Assembly: GCF_000315625.1 (NCBI RefSeq)
Contig: NW_005434494.1
Span: 34,592-98,591, forward strand
Source: Guillardia theta CCMP2712
Taxonomy: Eukaryota; Protista; Cryptophyta
Direction of reading: 5' to 3'
DNA length: 64,000 nucleotides
Positions 22,290-34,803 of the stretch are shown here, piece after piece. A model generated the notes under the pieces. The model had not been told where the DNA came from. It did not search any database and worked only from the letters and a program-made list of their open reading frames with translations. How positions within the stretch are numbered: position 1 is the stretch's first letter; every line of letters starts with the position of its first letter. The position numbers and the translations under genes were made by a program.

Positions 22290-22760
22290 ATACTGGGCCC
22301 TAAGGTAGCCCGAGTCTTCCTCCGCAAGCGAAGAGGCGAGGCAGGGGTTGGCGACCAGCAGCCCTCCCAGAAGGAGATCCTCATCACCAACGAGACCATC
22401 GAGTCTCTCCTCCACCTCCGTCAGGTCGACGCCGCCAACCAGCTCGGCATCTCCCTCACGGCCCTCAAGAACGCCTGCAAGTACCTTGGCTTCGACGACT
22501 GGCCGACGGCGAGGAGCAACCTGATGGCGGCTCAGCACGGGAGATCAGGGGAGCTGCCGTCGCTGGTGTCAGGACCTGGGCAGGGAAGGCAGGGAGCGAG
22601 ACGAGGGAGGGACGGGAGGAAGCGGACGATGCCAGAGGGAGACGTGGGAGGAGGGAGAGGGGAGAAGCGGAGGGTGCTTGCGGAGAGTCTCCCGGAGCTG
22701 AGGAGCCACGGGCTGGAGGAGCTGATGCTGGACGCGCTGGAGCACGTTGCGAGTGCATGA
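22290..22760 (+). pseudogene. RWP-RK copy 2, intronless, start codon ATG->ATA
   Basis: Colinear and near-identical to 24298-24768 (both 471 nt), but has ATA at the start position and an in-frame TGA 9 nt upstream. Confidence 0.7.
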
Positions 22761-24297
22761 GGAGGAGAAAGGGAGGGGGGGAGGGAGGAGTTTGTATGGA
22801 ACGGTAGGCTGATGATGGCAAGCTTGTTTTTGTGTATTTGATCTATTGGTTTTGAAAAGTTTAGATTGGTCGTGTTCGTGTCTCTGCATTCTTCGCGGGA
22901 AAAGTCATGTCTTCTTGAAGCAGATGATTTAAGGATGGAGAAGAATGCTAGTTTAAATCTTGTTATCTTTTCATTTCCATGCCAAGGCGGCAGGATGTTA
23001 TCTGATCAATAAGATTGATGATTTTCTGATTTCATTGTCTTGCAATTTTCCTGAAAATGAATTTTAATGGAAGTATCAGTGAATCGGCGGACTCAAACAA
23101 AGGGGTGGTTAGTAATACTCATGACCACTCTTTGTCCTGCTCTCTTTGCATCGCAGTCGTTTATCGAATCCACCTCAACTCTCCTCGATTGCTTGTTTCT
23201 ACAGTGTCCGATTGATCTCGCGTTCCTGTGGATAGATTGCGCTGTGTTATCAAAGATAGATAGATGTATTGTTGGATTCGTCTTCGCTAAACACAACCGA
23301 ATGACTGTCTAATTCCATAGCTTGCCGTTTTAGATGCCCTTATCCTTGACAACTTTCCTTGCCCCTGTTCATGCTTCTATTATCTTGCTCGCCCACGTTC
23401 TGGTTCTCATCTTTTACTCGGTTCCCTCCCAACCTTAATCCGCACTCGTCCTCGTCCTCGTCCTCGTCCTCCTGTCATATCACATCCTTGTATTTCTCGC
23501 TGTCTTCATCCTGGTGCATGGAGATCAGACTATTAGCGCCCTCTTGTCTCGAGCTGCCTCGGAGGGTTCAATGACTGCAAGGCTGAACTCATCTCAGCAG
23601 GAGTCATATCATAGTCTCATGCTTGTGATGTCATTGATGATGTTGCACGACCTGATCAAGCTCTTGATATAGTCCTCCGCTCTTCCTCCCCTCGTGCTAG
23701 GATCAACGCGTCAGAAGCTGTTCATCGGAGAGTCTCCTTTGCCTTCCTCCCCGCACCTACTTGTCATGCTCATGCTCTCGCAGAGACACGACCGCAGCTA
23801 CAGCTCTTCTCCCACCCTTGTGTGCACGCAGTCGAGTCAGCACGGCATAGCGTAGCTCCTCCCCGTGTCCTGCTCATTGTTCCCAGATCCCGAGCTCAAG
23901 ATTTCAACTGGTGTGGGTTTACAAGGCGGGGTCCAAGAAGGCGAAACCCAGGCTCTAAGGTTAGTACCCCAACCTTGAAGATTCCATAGCAGAGCCAATA
24001 TTGAAATCAGGCCTACCCTGTTTGCCTGTAATTGAAGGGCAACAAACTCGGAAAGATCCGAACGTCCCTTTGTATGTGTGCTAGTACAATAACCCCCTTA
24101 GCTCTCCTCCTCCCCTCCGCTTCCTCCATCCCCGCTCCTCCTCCTCCCCTCCGCTTTCTCCTCCCCTCCGCTTTCTCCTCCCCCCCGCTTCTTCTACCCT
24201 CCGTTTCTACACAGATCACCTGCTTTTGTTCCCTCCTTCACCTATCTACGCGTCACATTCTATCCGATCCTCAGCACAGGCGTGCACATTCATATCC

Positions 24298-24768
24298 ATG
24301 CTGAGCCCTAAGGTAGCCCGAGTCTTCCTCCGCAAGCGAAGAGGCGAGGCAGGGGAGGGCGACCAGCAGCCCTCCCAGAAGGAGATCCTCATCACCAACG
24401 AGACCATCGAGTCTCTCCTCCACCTCCGTCAGGTCGACGCCGCCAACCAGCTCGGCATCTCCCTCACGGCCCTCAAGAACGCCTGCAAGTACCTTGGCTT
24501 CGACGACTGGCCGACGGCGAGGAGCAACCTGATGGCGGCTCAGCACGGGAGATCAGGGGAGCTGCCGTCGCTGGTGTCAGGACCTGGGCAGGGAAGGCAG
24601 GGAGCGAGACGAGGGAGGGACGGGAGGAAGCGGACGATGCCAGAGGGAGATGTGGGAGGAGGGAGAGGGGAGAAGCGGAGGGTGCTTGCGGAGAGTCTCC
24701 CGGAGCTGAGGAGCCACGGGCTGGAGGAGCTGATGCTGGACGCGCTGGAGCACGTTGCGAGTGCATGA
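24298..24768 (+). CDS. RWP-RK domain protein (copy 3, intronless)
   Basis: ITNETIESLLHLRQVDAANQLGISLTALKNACKYLGFDDWP; complete ORF from ATG to TGA. Confidence 0.9.
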   Translation: MLSPKVARVFLRKRRGEAGEGDQQPSQKEILITNETIESLLHLRQVDAANQLGISLTALKNACKYLGFDDWPTARSNLMAAQHGRSGELPSLVSGPGQGRQGARRGRDGRKRTMPEGDVGGGRGEKRRVLAESLPELRSHGLEELMLDALEHVASA

Positions 24769-24979
24769 GGAGGAGAAAATGCCTGAGTTTGTATGAAAAG
24801 GTTGGTCTGTGAGAGCCGACCGTTTTGTGATAGTTTGCTATGGAAAAGTGATATGTGCGCTCGAATGAATGAAGAGAAAAGAAAGAAGAGAGGGGGAAAG
24901 GGAGGGGGGGAAGGAGGATGGGAGTATGCTCGAATGCCAGACCTTTGGTTGCATTTTCTCTATTGATTACAAGAGTGTT

Positions 24980-25430
24980 TTCATCATGTATCCTCAACAG
25001 GCTTCATCCATGTTGAAATACCAGCCACATTGGCAGGTTATGAGTTGTTGCTGGAAGCGTCTATTGTCAGAGAGCAGCCAGAATATGATCTACAAAGAGA
25101 TCGAGTAGAAACATCAAAGTGCGTTAGATAGCACGCATGGGGAAATTGAGAATAATCAAATGGAAACCTTAAAGGTGAGCTTAAACTTTATGTTAATAAG
25201 AGCTTGCTTCAAACACACAGGTAAGAACTCTTCCAAGCAGTTGTTTTGCAATCTTGGTAGTGCATGCTGTTCACCCCCCAAAAAGGATTTCGTCGGTTGA
25301 TGCAGTTATAATCTGTTTCAGGCACACTGCTCTTTGACATCTATGTCTTTGTGTTCCTCCTCCTCCTCTACATCTTTGTCCTCTACATCTTTGTCCTCTA
25401 CATCTTTGTCCTCTACATCTTTGTCCTCTA

Positions 25431-25485
<55 letters not shown>

Positions 25486-25498
25486 GTCATCGTCATCG

Positions 25499-25530
<32 letters not shown>

Positions 25531-27690
25531 GTTGCAATTTTCCGATTCACTTTCTTTGTCCTTGCCCTTGTTCGAAACGTGATGGTTGGCCTGCTGTCAC
25601 CCTCCTTGTGTTGTCCGTCCTACGTTTTTCTGCTTCATCTTCCTCATAGCTCTTCGTTCCTTCATCTTTCTCAGAGCTCTTCATTCTTCATTCTCACATG
25701 ATCTCCTTTCGTTCCTGTTCTTGCTCATGTTCTCAGATCTTGTTCTTTCATGCCATCTTCATGATTGTGATCAAACACACCCTTCTTCTTGTCACGAAGG
25801 ACGGGAGGGAGAAGGAAGTGAAGGAATGAAGAAAGCTTCATGTATTGTCACCTTGCTGTACACAGAGCATGTTATCAACAAGTAGTATTTCAATGCTTCG
25901 CTCCTGCCGTCCATTTAAAACAGAAAACAGCTGCTGGACAAGAAGTCTTTGTTCACCTTCGCCTTGTTGTCATCGCCACCAATTTCCTGATTGTCTCTTT
26001 TCATCTAGATCTACCCTCTACAGAGGGAGGGAGAGAAGGGAAGGAAAGAAAGATGGAGGGATGGAGGGAAAAAATCAAGAAATGGAGGAGGAGAGAGAGT
26101 GAGGAGTGAGGGAGTGAAGAAGGAAGTGAGGGATTAGAGGAGGAAACGACTTCAACATACGCTGTTACCAGGAGACAGAAGCTGAATCAAACATCAAGAT
26201 GTACATACTTGTCTCAACAGGAACGAGGTAACTAGGAACAGACATGGAAACGATTCATCGATTCAAGCAGGGCAGCTTGTCTGAAGAGAGACAGGAGGAG
26301 GGCTGAGAGGAGCGGAGAGAAAACGGGGAGAAAGAAAACTAGATCACGACAGCTCAAGAGAGGGTCGTCAGAGCACTAAGACAAACCTTGTGAAGATAAA
26401 ACAAGAACATCAGCGTCAGAGCACTAAGACAAACCTTGTGAAGATAAAACAAGAACACTGGCATTGCGAGTAACGAGCGTGTTGCGACGAGAATGTTCTT
26501 ACTGAAGTTGGCACAATACGCCAGCTGACAAGCTGATAGGAAAGAAACATCAAGATAGCAGCAAAGACAAAGGAAGGAGAGAAGGAGAGGTAATAGGGAC
26601 ACAGTTCAATGCAGAAACAGAGAGGAACGAGGGGAGAGAGTCAGTCGGGGGGGGGGTTGAGAAGATGGACGCGGAGTAAAAAGGTAAGGAAAGAAGCCGG
26701 AATCAGCACATACCTGTTTGTTCTGCAATTGTTTTCCACTCGTGCTGCAGGTAACAGCAGTGTCTAAGTTGTCTAAGTCAACAGCGTCTACGTCTTTCAT
26801 ATAGTAGCCCTGTAAAGATTGGACAAGCGCTATCATCACTGTCGACAACAGGATCTTGTTGTTCATACACAAGCCATACACCATGTCAGGATCCGTTGTG
26901 TCACTTGATACCAGTCGCTGTCGCAATGATGGAGATGGCCTGTCTTGTTTGTGGATATACAAGCTTCACAGCCCTCAGATTGTTGTTGCCACTGTCGGCA
27001 ATCGGAGCATACCTGTGCTTCTTGTTGTACTAGACGACCGAAGGGTTGTTGAACGTGGTAGTACTTCAGTTTCCATTGATACATCCTGTACTGTTGTCTC
27101 AAAACCATACTGTTTTTCCATGTTTTCCGAAGGGTCCATGCGTAGAATTTGTGTTCATTGCCCCATCACATGTTATTGTTGCTTCACTTTTGTCAGGCCC
27201 CACTGATCTCCATTCCTGTTTGATGAATCACAATGCCGTTCCTTCTTGTCCGAGAATTCACAACTCGTGCTTTCTTTGTTTGCTACTCGTTGTCATGTCT
27301 TCACTGACTTCCACAGCTCCTGACTTCACTCTCATCCTCGGGTTGTATGCTAAAATGCATCTCTCCTCCCCTCTCTTTCCTTCTTGATCCCCTCATTCCA
27401 CTGCGTTCTTTCCCACCCGGCTCCTCACCCTTCCACCGCTCCCCTCCTCTCTCCACCTCTACTTCCCCTTCTCTTCCTCTCTCTCATCATGGTTCTGATC
27501 CCACCGTCCTGCTCGTTCACGCACATCCTACAAGAGTCATCCAGTGAATGTTGATGTTCGTCGGACAAAGAAAAAGAACGAGTTCGAAACAAGGACGGCA
27601 AGGGAGTGTTGCGCACAAAGAGATGCAAAAACACACCAGTGACTCCAAGACTGATGACTGTCTTGCATCCTGGTCCACGCACTCTCCTCA
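24980..27690 (-). CDS. Possible multi-exon hypothetical gene
   Basis: Series of short blocks flanked by minus-strand splice-like signals (e.g. DTTDPDMVYGLCMNNK, SLQGYYMKDVDAVDLDNLDTAV, LAYCANFSKNILVATRSLL) between low-complexity introns. No family recognised and ends uncertain. Confidence 0.3.
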
Positions 27691-28057
27691 ACTAGTTTTT
27701 GAAGGAGCCGACCATAATTGCTGTTGAGGAAAAAAGCAAAAAAAAGATAGATACCCCACTTATGTATTGTCGAAAGGGGTCATTCAACATACCCTTTTTA
27801 ATAGAACTACCCCACATTGATTTATCATTAGATACCAAAATAATTTACTCTAATAAGGTGGAGTACTAATAATTGGTTCATCTCCTAACTGTGAACATGT
27901 TCCATCGTCACGCACGTACATGTCACAGACAAAAACGTGCACGTCAATCAAATCAACAATGCAGGATAGAGCAGAAGCAGAAGGCTCCTCATCCTCGTCC
28001 TCGTCCTCGTCCTCGTCCTCATCCTCGTCCTCGTCCTCATCCTCGTCCTCGTCCTCA

Positions 28058-28144
<87 letters not shown>

Positions 28145-29758
28145 CCCCCCTCTCTCTATGCTTGCCTTCCCCACATCGTACATTCTGGAAACTCACTCCC
28201 CCCTGCCTCCCCACTTCATGCCAATTTGTTCCATTTCAACACATCCCTCCTAATATCCTTTACCGATCCCTTCTGGACCCTCCTCCCTTTTTCTGGCCCC
28301 TCCCTCCCTCCCTCACTCCCTCCCTCCCTCCCTCCCTCCCTCCCTCCCTCCCTCCCTCCCTCCCTCCCTCCCTTCCACTAAATCTGACCTCCCTTAATCC
28401 ATTTCCGATTCAACCAATCCTCGTTTCTCCCCTCTCCCCGTCCCCCCCCTTCCTCCTTCCTCCTGCCGTCTCTCTGGCCCCATAGCTCCGTCTCTGCCTT
28501 CTTGACTTCAATCTGGCATCTCTTCCTCCCCTCCGCAAGCCACCCGCCCCTCCCTCCCTCTCGCATGCATGGTCCCTCTCCCCTCCTGTCCGGCTCGCAT
28601 CATTCCTTCAAACAATCTTCTTCATCCCAGCACATCGTTCAAGACTGCTATCCTCCTCCCCTGCGTCTGCTCTATAGCTATGTTTGCTCTTTTGCATCGA
28701 GTTCTCTATGTAATGCTACAGACTGATCAACAACGCTGTCTTGAAGGGTATGTTGACATCATCTTGTATCATACCTGACAACCTTTCTGGTCACTTCCCT
28801 TCATTCCTTAACAAGTCACTTTGTACTGCCCTTGCATTATGCGTCGCTGCTGCTTCCTTTGCTGCTTCCTCTGCTGCTCCTGCTCCTGCCCCTGCTCCTG
28901 CACTTGCTCCTGCTCCTGCACTTGCTCCTGCCCCTGCATTTGCGTTTGCATCTGCGTTTGCATCTGCGTTTGCATCTGCATCTGCATCTGCATCTGCATC
29001 TGCATCTGCATCTGCATCTGCATCTGCATCTGCTCCCATCTCCCATCCCGCTCTCTCTTTCTTTGAGTCTGAAATTACATTGCAAGCCAAAGCAACTCTC
29101 AAAAGTCCTTTGGTTGCAAGATCCAACACCCCCTCTGTTTGCCGTCTGCACGTGAAGGTCTGCATTCCAACGAACTGATTAAATGAAGTACGAGGGATGT
29201 TTTGTGCTATTCTCTTCACAAAAATAGACCAATAATCTCAATGTGCAGCATGCGTGATCATTGCAGAGGTGCGAGGCTCTTGTAAGCTCTGTGATGTGCT
29301 ATTCACTGTGGTTGTTTTTGGAACAAGGCTTTATCTAGGTGGAACAAGATCGTCGGCAGTCTCAACAACATTACATGATAACAGGCGCGATCTATGTTGT
29401 GGAGAACAGGAGACAACGATGCCAAAGAACACACTTGGTAGCTCGATGCCGAAGGACTGGCTGCTCACAGCGATGTTTCATCATCAATCAACGTCAATGT
29501 ACGATGCAGGCATTGAGGAGCAGTCCAGGGAAAGTCAAGAAATCAATCAGAACAAAAAGTGTCTCAGTCTTGCGTAGACAAAATTCGTGTTGATTGATGC
29601 CGTTGCAAACATCTCAAATTCGTGCCTCACGCAAAGCAAACCGAAGGTGTTCTCGCACGAGATAGCCATCTTGAATCAAACCCTCAAAGCAAGGCATCAT
29701 TGTATCCATTACACGTTGCATCACTGAGATCATAACTTCTCCTTCCTCTGGTTGCATA

Positions 29759-30343
29759 TCACAGATCCGCCACGTGCTCCAGCGCGTCCAGCATCAGCTC
29801 CTCCAGCCCGTGGCTCCTCAGCTCCGGGAGACTCTCCGCAAGCACCCTCCGCTTCTCCCCTCTCCCTCCTCCCACGTCTCCCTCTGACATCGTCCGCGCT
29901 GTCTGCCCACTCCCCCTCACCACCTGATTCCTCGCAGCCGCCCCTCCCTCTGGCCTCCCTGCCGCTGCCGCCGCCAATTCAACATTCCCTGGCCTCCGCT
30001 CTACAAGCGGCCTTACAGACGACGAGCCCCCATCATGGGGCCCTCCTGCCTGCCCAGGTCCTGACACCAGCGACGGCAGCTCCCCTGATCTCCCGTGCTG
30101 AGCCGCCATCAGGTTGCTCCTCGCCGTCGGCCAGTCGTCGAAGCCAAGGTACTTGCAGGCGTTCTTGAGGGCCGTGAGGGAGATGCCGAGCTGGTTGGCG
30201 GCGTCGACCTGACGGAGGTGGAGGAGAGACTCGATGGTCTCGTTGGTGATGAGGATCTCCTTCTGGGAGGGCTGCTGGTCGCCCTCCCCTGCCTCGCCTC
30301 TTCGCTTGCGGAGGAAGACTCGGGCTACCTTAGGGCCCAGCAT
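29759..30343 (-). CDS. RWP-RK domain protein (copy 4, intronless)
   Basis: Same RWP-RK domain as copy 3 with a longer central segment; intact ORF. Confidence 0.9.
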   Translation of the reverse strand: MLGPKVARVFLRKRRGEAGEGDQQPSQKEILITNETIESLLHLRQVDAANQLGISLTALKNACKYLGFDDWPTARSNLMAAQHGRSGELPSLVSGPGQAGGPHDGGSSSVRPLVERRPGNVELAAAAAGRPEGGAAARNQVVRGSGQTARTMSEGDVGGGRGEKRRVLAESLPELRSHGLEELMLDALEHVADL

Positions 30344-32766
30344 GGTTGTCAACAGGTTTCAGGCAGTCAACAGGTTCTTTGGCTGCCGAATTATCTGAAT
30401 TTTGATTTCTTCAAGTTCTTGTTCAGTTCTGACTCTGAGTTGCTTTGAATGATCGAGATCAAAGTTTTGGTTATGTGTTTGCCGTGGGCCAGACGAACAC
30501 AAATCTCAAGGGGGGCTTGCCGTTAAGGGATGGCCTTGGTTGGGGTCAAGAAGGAGTTTGTTTTCCCTTCACTGTTGTAGCTCTGAAGATCAAGATCGAT
30601 TTGTCGCTGCTAGCTGAACAAGCGATGAATGTGCTGTCAGGAGTCGAAGAGTAGCTAAGCGGTAAACCGAGCATGCGGCGATCGAGATAAGAAGGGGATT
30701 GTGGTCTACCTTGGGTGGGGTGGTATTGATTGGAAGCAGGGGTACGTATCTCGCAGTTCATGTCAGGGGTGGGGTAGTCAATTTAGAGACCCATGAGGAC
30801 CCATGAGGGGAAAGCACAAGATATCCATGAGCGATGAAAATAAGGAATATCTGCCAGGGTGCAAAGGTAAGCAGTATGCCTGATTTACTTACAGGATCAA
30901 TCAATAAATAATGACAGTTAGGTACTCCTCCTGACGCATCAACACTTGACTTCTTGCAACACAGGGAGGTCGTTGAGACCTTTACAACACAAGGAGTTTT
31001 TTTGGGGGAGAATTCATACTGGAGCGGGCTCGCACAAAATATCCCACGAAACGTTGTGTTTTCTTTATCTGTCACGTGGGCTCACGGCATCTCAGAACTC
31101 ACCGTATCAGTCGACCCGCCTAAAACAACCGTTGGCCACATTCTTTACTCAAAGTTAAGTTAAAGATGAGTACGAGAAAGTGACTGTAAAAAAAGAATAT
31201 CATCCTGGCAGTCGGACTCAGTGAGCCCGCGCCGCGCGGCCGGGCCGGGCGGCGGGCCCCGGCTACGGCCGACCGGCGGCCCGGGCCCGGTTTCCAAGCC
31301 AAGTTCAGTCCCGATTCAAGGCCCGGCGCTGGCCGCGGTGACCCCGGCACTGCCGCGTGACTGGCCCCCGGGTGACCCGGCGCAGGCGACCGTCCGACGC
31401 CCCGCCGCCCGCCGGTCACCAGGGCGAGTCACACCGTGGCACTGTCGGTGGCCGGGCAATAGTTTCGGAAGCCGCCCAGTGCCCGGCCCGGCCCGGCGGG
31501 CCCGGGCCGGGCCGCGGGGGTGCCGGGCGGCCCGGGCGGCCGCGGCGTATGCCAGTGACCGGCCCGGTCACCGGGTGCCACACAATGCCATCATGATCAT
31601 GCCGCTGATGCCTCGTGAGCCGCTCATGCCGGCATCTGAGGCGGACCCGAACCAGTATGCCAGCCGCACGGGCCGGGCCGCGGCCCGTCACAGGCTGAGT
31701 CACTGAGACGGACTCTGCCTCGGAATACGGTAGTCATCTTAACTTGTGGAATGCTACTCATTGCCGCGTGCGCTCACAGCGGCCCGCCGTGACCGGTGGG
31801 CCACGGCCCGGGGTGACCAGGACCGTAGTACGGCGGCCGCGCCCTCAGAGCCTGGCCGGGCACCGTGGCCGCACCCGGTGACCGGGCCGCATCCGATGAT
31901 TGTGACCGTCTCAGTCACGTGGCACGGTGCCCCGGGCCCGGCCGCGTGCCGCAGTGCGCGGCGACCGTCGCTGAGTCCGACCGTCTGGCAGCCTCACTGA
32001 CTCAGCCGCCTGGTCGCCGCCGGGCGCCGGGCGGCCGCGGCGGCACTGAACTCGACTCTTGCCAGCCTTCACCGCCGCGCCGGGATAGGCCCCGCCGGGG
32101 CCGGGCCCGGGGCGGCCCTAGCCCGGTAGTACCGTCGTACCCGGTACCGTACGGTCACCGGGTTGAACGGTTCCGACAGCGCGGCCGCCCGGACTGAATG
32201 TGAGCCCGAACTTGGAACGACTCGGTGGCCGGGTTCGGTGACCGTAGTACGGTACTCAGTTACGGTAGTACTTAGTGCCAGTGATCGGACTGCACTGACT
32301 AGCCTGTAGTGATCGGACTGTCTGATCACCTCAAAGTATGGGAGTGCCAGTGAAATCATGGCCAGTGTTTCAAGTTTTCTCATGATGATACTGAATCATT
32401 ACGGGCTTCACTGATCATGTCACAGTCATGCTACAGTGATTCCAAGGCCGCGCTTCAAGTTGACCTTGCCACGAAGGCTTGGATCAACCATGATCGATTT
32501 GAACGAATCCAAGTTCAACTAACCCACTTCCAATGATGAATACATCGATTGGAGTAAAACAAACAGCTTTCCACAAATCGCCGGATCATGACGCCTTTCC
32601 ATTCCGGCGTGCTAAATGATGTGAACAGGTCAGCATTCAAGACCCGGGGTGACCCAATTTTTTGCATATCAAGTTGACATGATTGAAAATCCACTATGTT
32701 GAACGGAGCAAAAAAACTCATGCTTGTTCTGCTCTGCAAAAAAAATATATCCCCAGTCCTGTATTG

Positions 32767-33351
32767 TCACACACCCGCCACATGCTCCAGCGCGTCCAGC
32801 ATCAGCTCCTCCAGCCCGTGGCTCCTCAGCTCCGGGAGACTCTCCGCAAGCACCCTCCGCTTCTCCCCTCTCCCTCCTCCCACGTCTCCCTCTGACATCG
32901 TCCGCGCTGTCTGCCCACTCCCCCTCACCACCTGATTCCTCGCAGCCGCCCCTCCCTCTGGCCTCCCTGCCGCTGCCGCCGCCAATTCAACATTCCCTGG
33001 CCTCCGCTCTACGAGCTGCCTTACAGACGACGAGCCCCCGGCATGGGGCCCTCCTGCCTGCCCAGGTCCTGACACCAGCGACGGCAGCTCCCCTGATCTC
33101 CCGTGCTGAGCCGCCATCAGGTTGCTCCTCGCCGTCGGCCAGTCGTCGAAGCCAAGGTACTTGCAGGCGTTCTTGAGGGCCGTGAGGGAGATGCCGAGCT
33201 GGTTGGCGGCGTCGACCTGACGGAGGTGGAGGAGAGACTCGATGGTCTCGTTGGTGATGAGGATCTCCTTCTGGGAGGGCTGCTGGTCGCCCTCCCCTGC
33301 CTCGCCTCTTCGCTTGCGGAGGAAGACTCGGGCTACCTTAGGGCCCAGCAT
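32767..33351 (-). CDS. RWP-RK domain protein (copy 5, intronless)
   Basis: 194-aa ORF near-identical to copy 4. Confidence 0.9.
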   Translation of the reverse strand: MLGPKVARVFLRKRRGEAGEGDQQPSQKEILITNETIESLLHLRQVDAANQLGISLTALKNACKYLGFDDWPTARSNLMAAQHGRSGELPSLVSGPGQAGGPHAGGSSSVRQLVERRPGNVELAAAAAGRPEGGAAARNQVVRGSGQTARTMSEGDVGGGRGEKRRVLAESLPELRSHGLEELMLDALEHVAGV

Positions 33352-34262
33352 GGTTGTAACAGAAACGGATAGCTTGCTTGGCGGTAGAATACAGATAGGA
33401 TGGTGGTTTCAGTTCGCTCTGTAGTTTTTTTTCTGTTCGTTGTTGTGCTGCTTCCCTGACGAGCACTAACAAGCCATATCGAGGAAGACGTGTGCTTGAA
33501 TTGAGCAGCGTTGGTTGCCGGGGGTGGGGTACGCGAAATTGCCGGTATCGTGATCTCGGAGATTGGGTAACGTGACTAGGTTCCAGCGAACGATCTGGAG
33601 ATGAAGAAGTTGAAGTACATGTTTGTAAGAGTCTCCGAAACGTTGCGTCTGGCCCATGGACCAACTGGCGGCAATACAATCACATCGGTTCATGAAAAAA
33701 AGGAAAAAGCAAAAAAAAAACAATTGTTTGCCCCTAGCTAGCGGAGTACGCGATGAAACATATCATGTTGGGCTTACAATCTCTGGTTAAGGTTTAAGCT
33801 TCAATGGCGCCCGAAACCTCGTCACGGGTACACAGATGACCCCTACCCCCATGATACCCACCTAACTACTGGTTTACAAGAAGAAAAGAGAAAACCCAAT
33901 GTACGGTTTTACCTGACATCGTTTTACTACTGCGATACTCTGCTAAAACCTTTTTTTGCACCACCACCCTCTTGCCTGCGGTGCAACGGCACCACCCCCT
34001 CAGCAGGACTCATCTCATACCCCCTTTCGATACACCACCCACCCCTGATTGCTCCCTCTTCGATTGATTTCCTCAAGGAGGGGTTTTGTCCTGCACGCAT
34101 ATCACGCGGCAGTTCACGAACAGAATCCTTGCTCCTCTGCTTTGTCCACCTGCTTCAACTCTACTTGTGTCTCAGCCTCAGCCTGATAGGTAGTGGTTTC
34201 TGCCTGACGCCACTTGCCTGTTCCCGATTCCATCCCAACAAGTTCTAGCGCTGTCCAAGATC

Positions 34263-34803
34263 ATGCTCGGTCCCAAGACTGCCCGCGTTTTCATTCGTAG
34301 GAGGAAGCATGACGAGAATCCAGCAGACAAGAAAGAGCAGAAAGAAATCACGTTCACACTCGACATGCTTGAGTCTCTTTTGTCTCTTCGTCAAGTAGAT
34401 GCAGCAAGGCACCTGGTAAGTTCCTTTTCAGGATCGTGTATATCTGTCTGATCAATCACCCCAGGGGATTTCACTCACAGCACTCAAGAACGCTTGCAAA
34501 TACTTGGGAATCGATAATTGGCCCAAGGCTAGACAGAAGCTTGCTGCTCTACCTTCAGGGGAAATTACGAAGAACTCTCCGCCTGTGCAGTCAACTTCTA
34601 ACTGTGGTTCAGCGGAACGCGCTGCTGCGGAACAGGTGTATCCTTTCTTGGATTGTCCAGCATGGGATTTCTGGCAACGTTCTTCAGACAGAGGGGGGAC
34701 GGAGAACAATACCAACGACTATATTAGACGGCCCTGGGGGGTTCAGAGTCTTGAATTGGAAGAATTAATGGACGAAGGCATATCACATACGACGAAATCC
34801 TAA
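34263..34803 (+). CDS. RWP-RK domain protein (copy 6; intron 34416-34464)
   Basis: ITFTLDMLESLLSLRQVDAARHL|GISLTALKNACKYLGIDNWPKAR; GTAAG...CCAG intron. Confidence 0.9.

Noticed and set aside
26366-26457. 48-bp tandem duplication (also imperfect ~30-bp repeats at 12920-13140 and 18050-18180)
   Set aside because: Local, probably intronic slippage duplications with no further structure.
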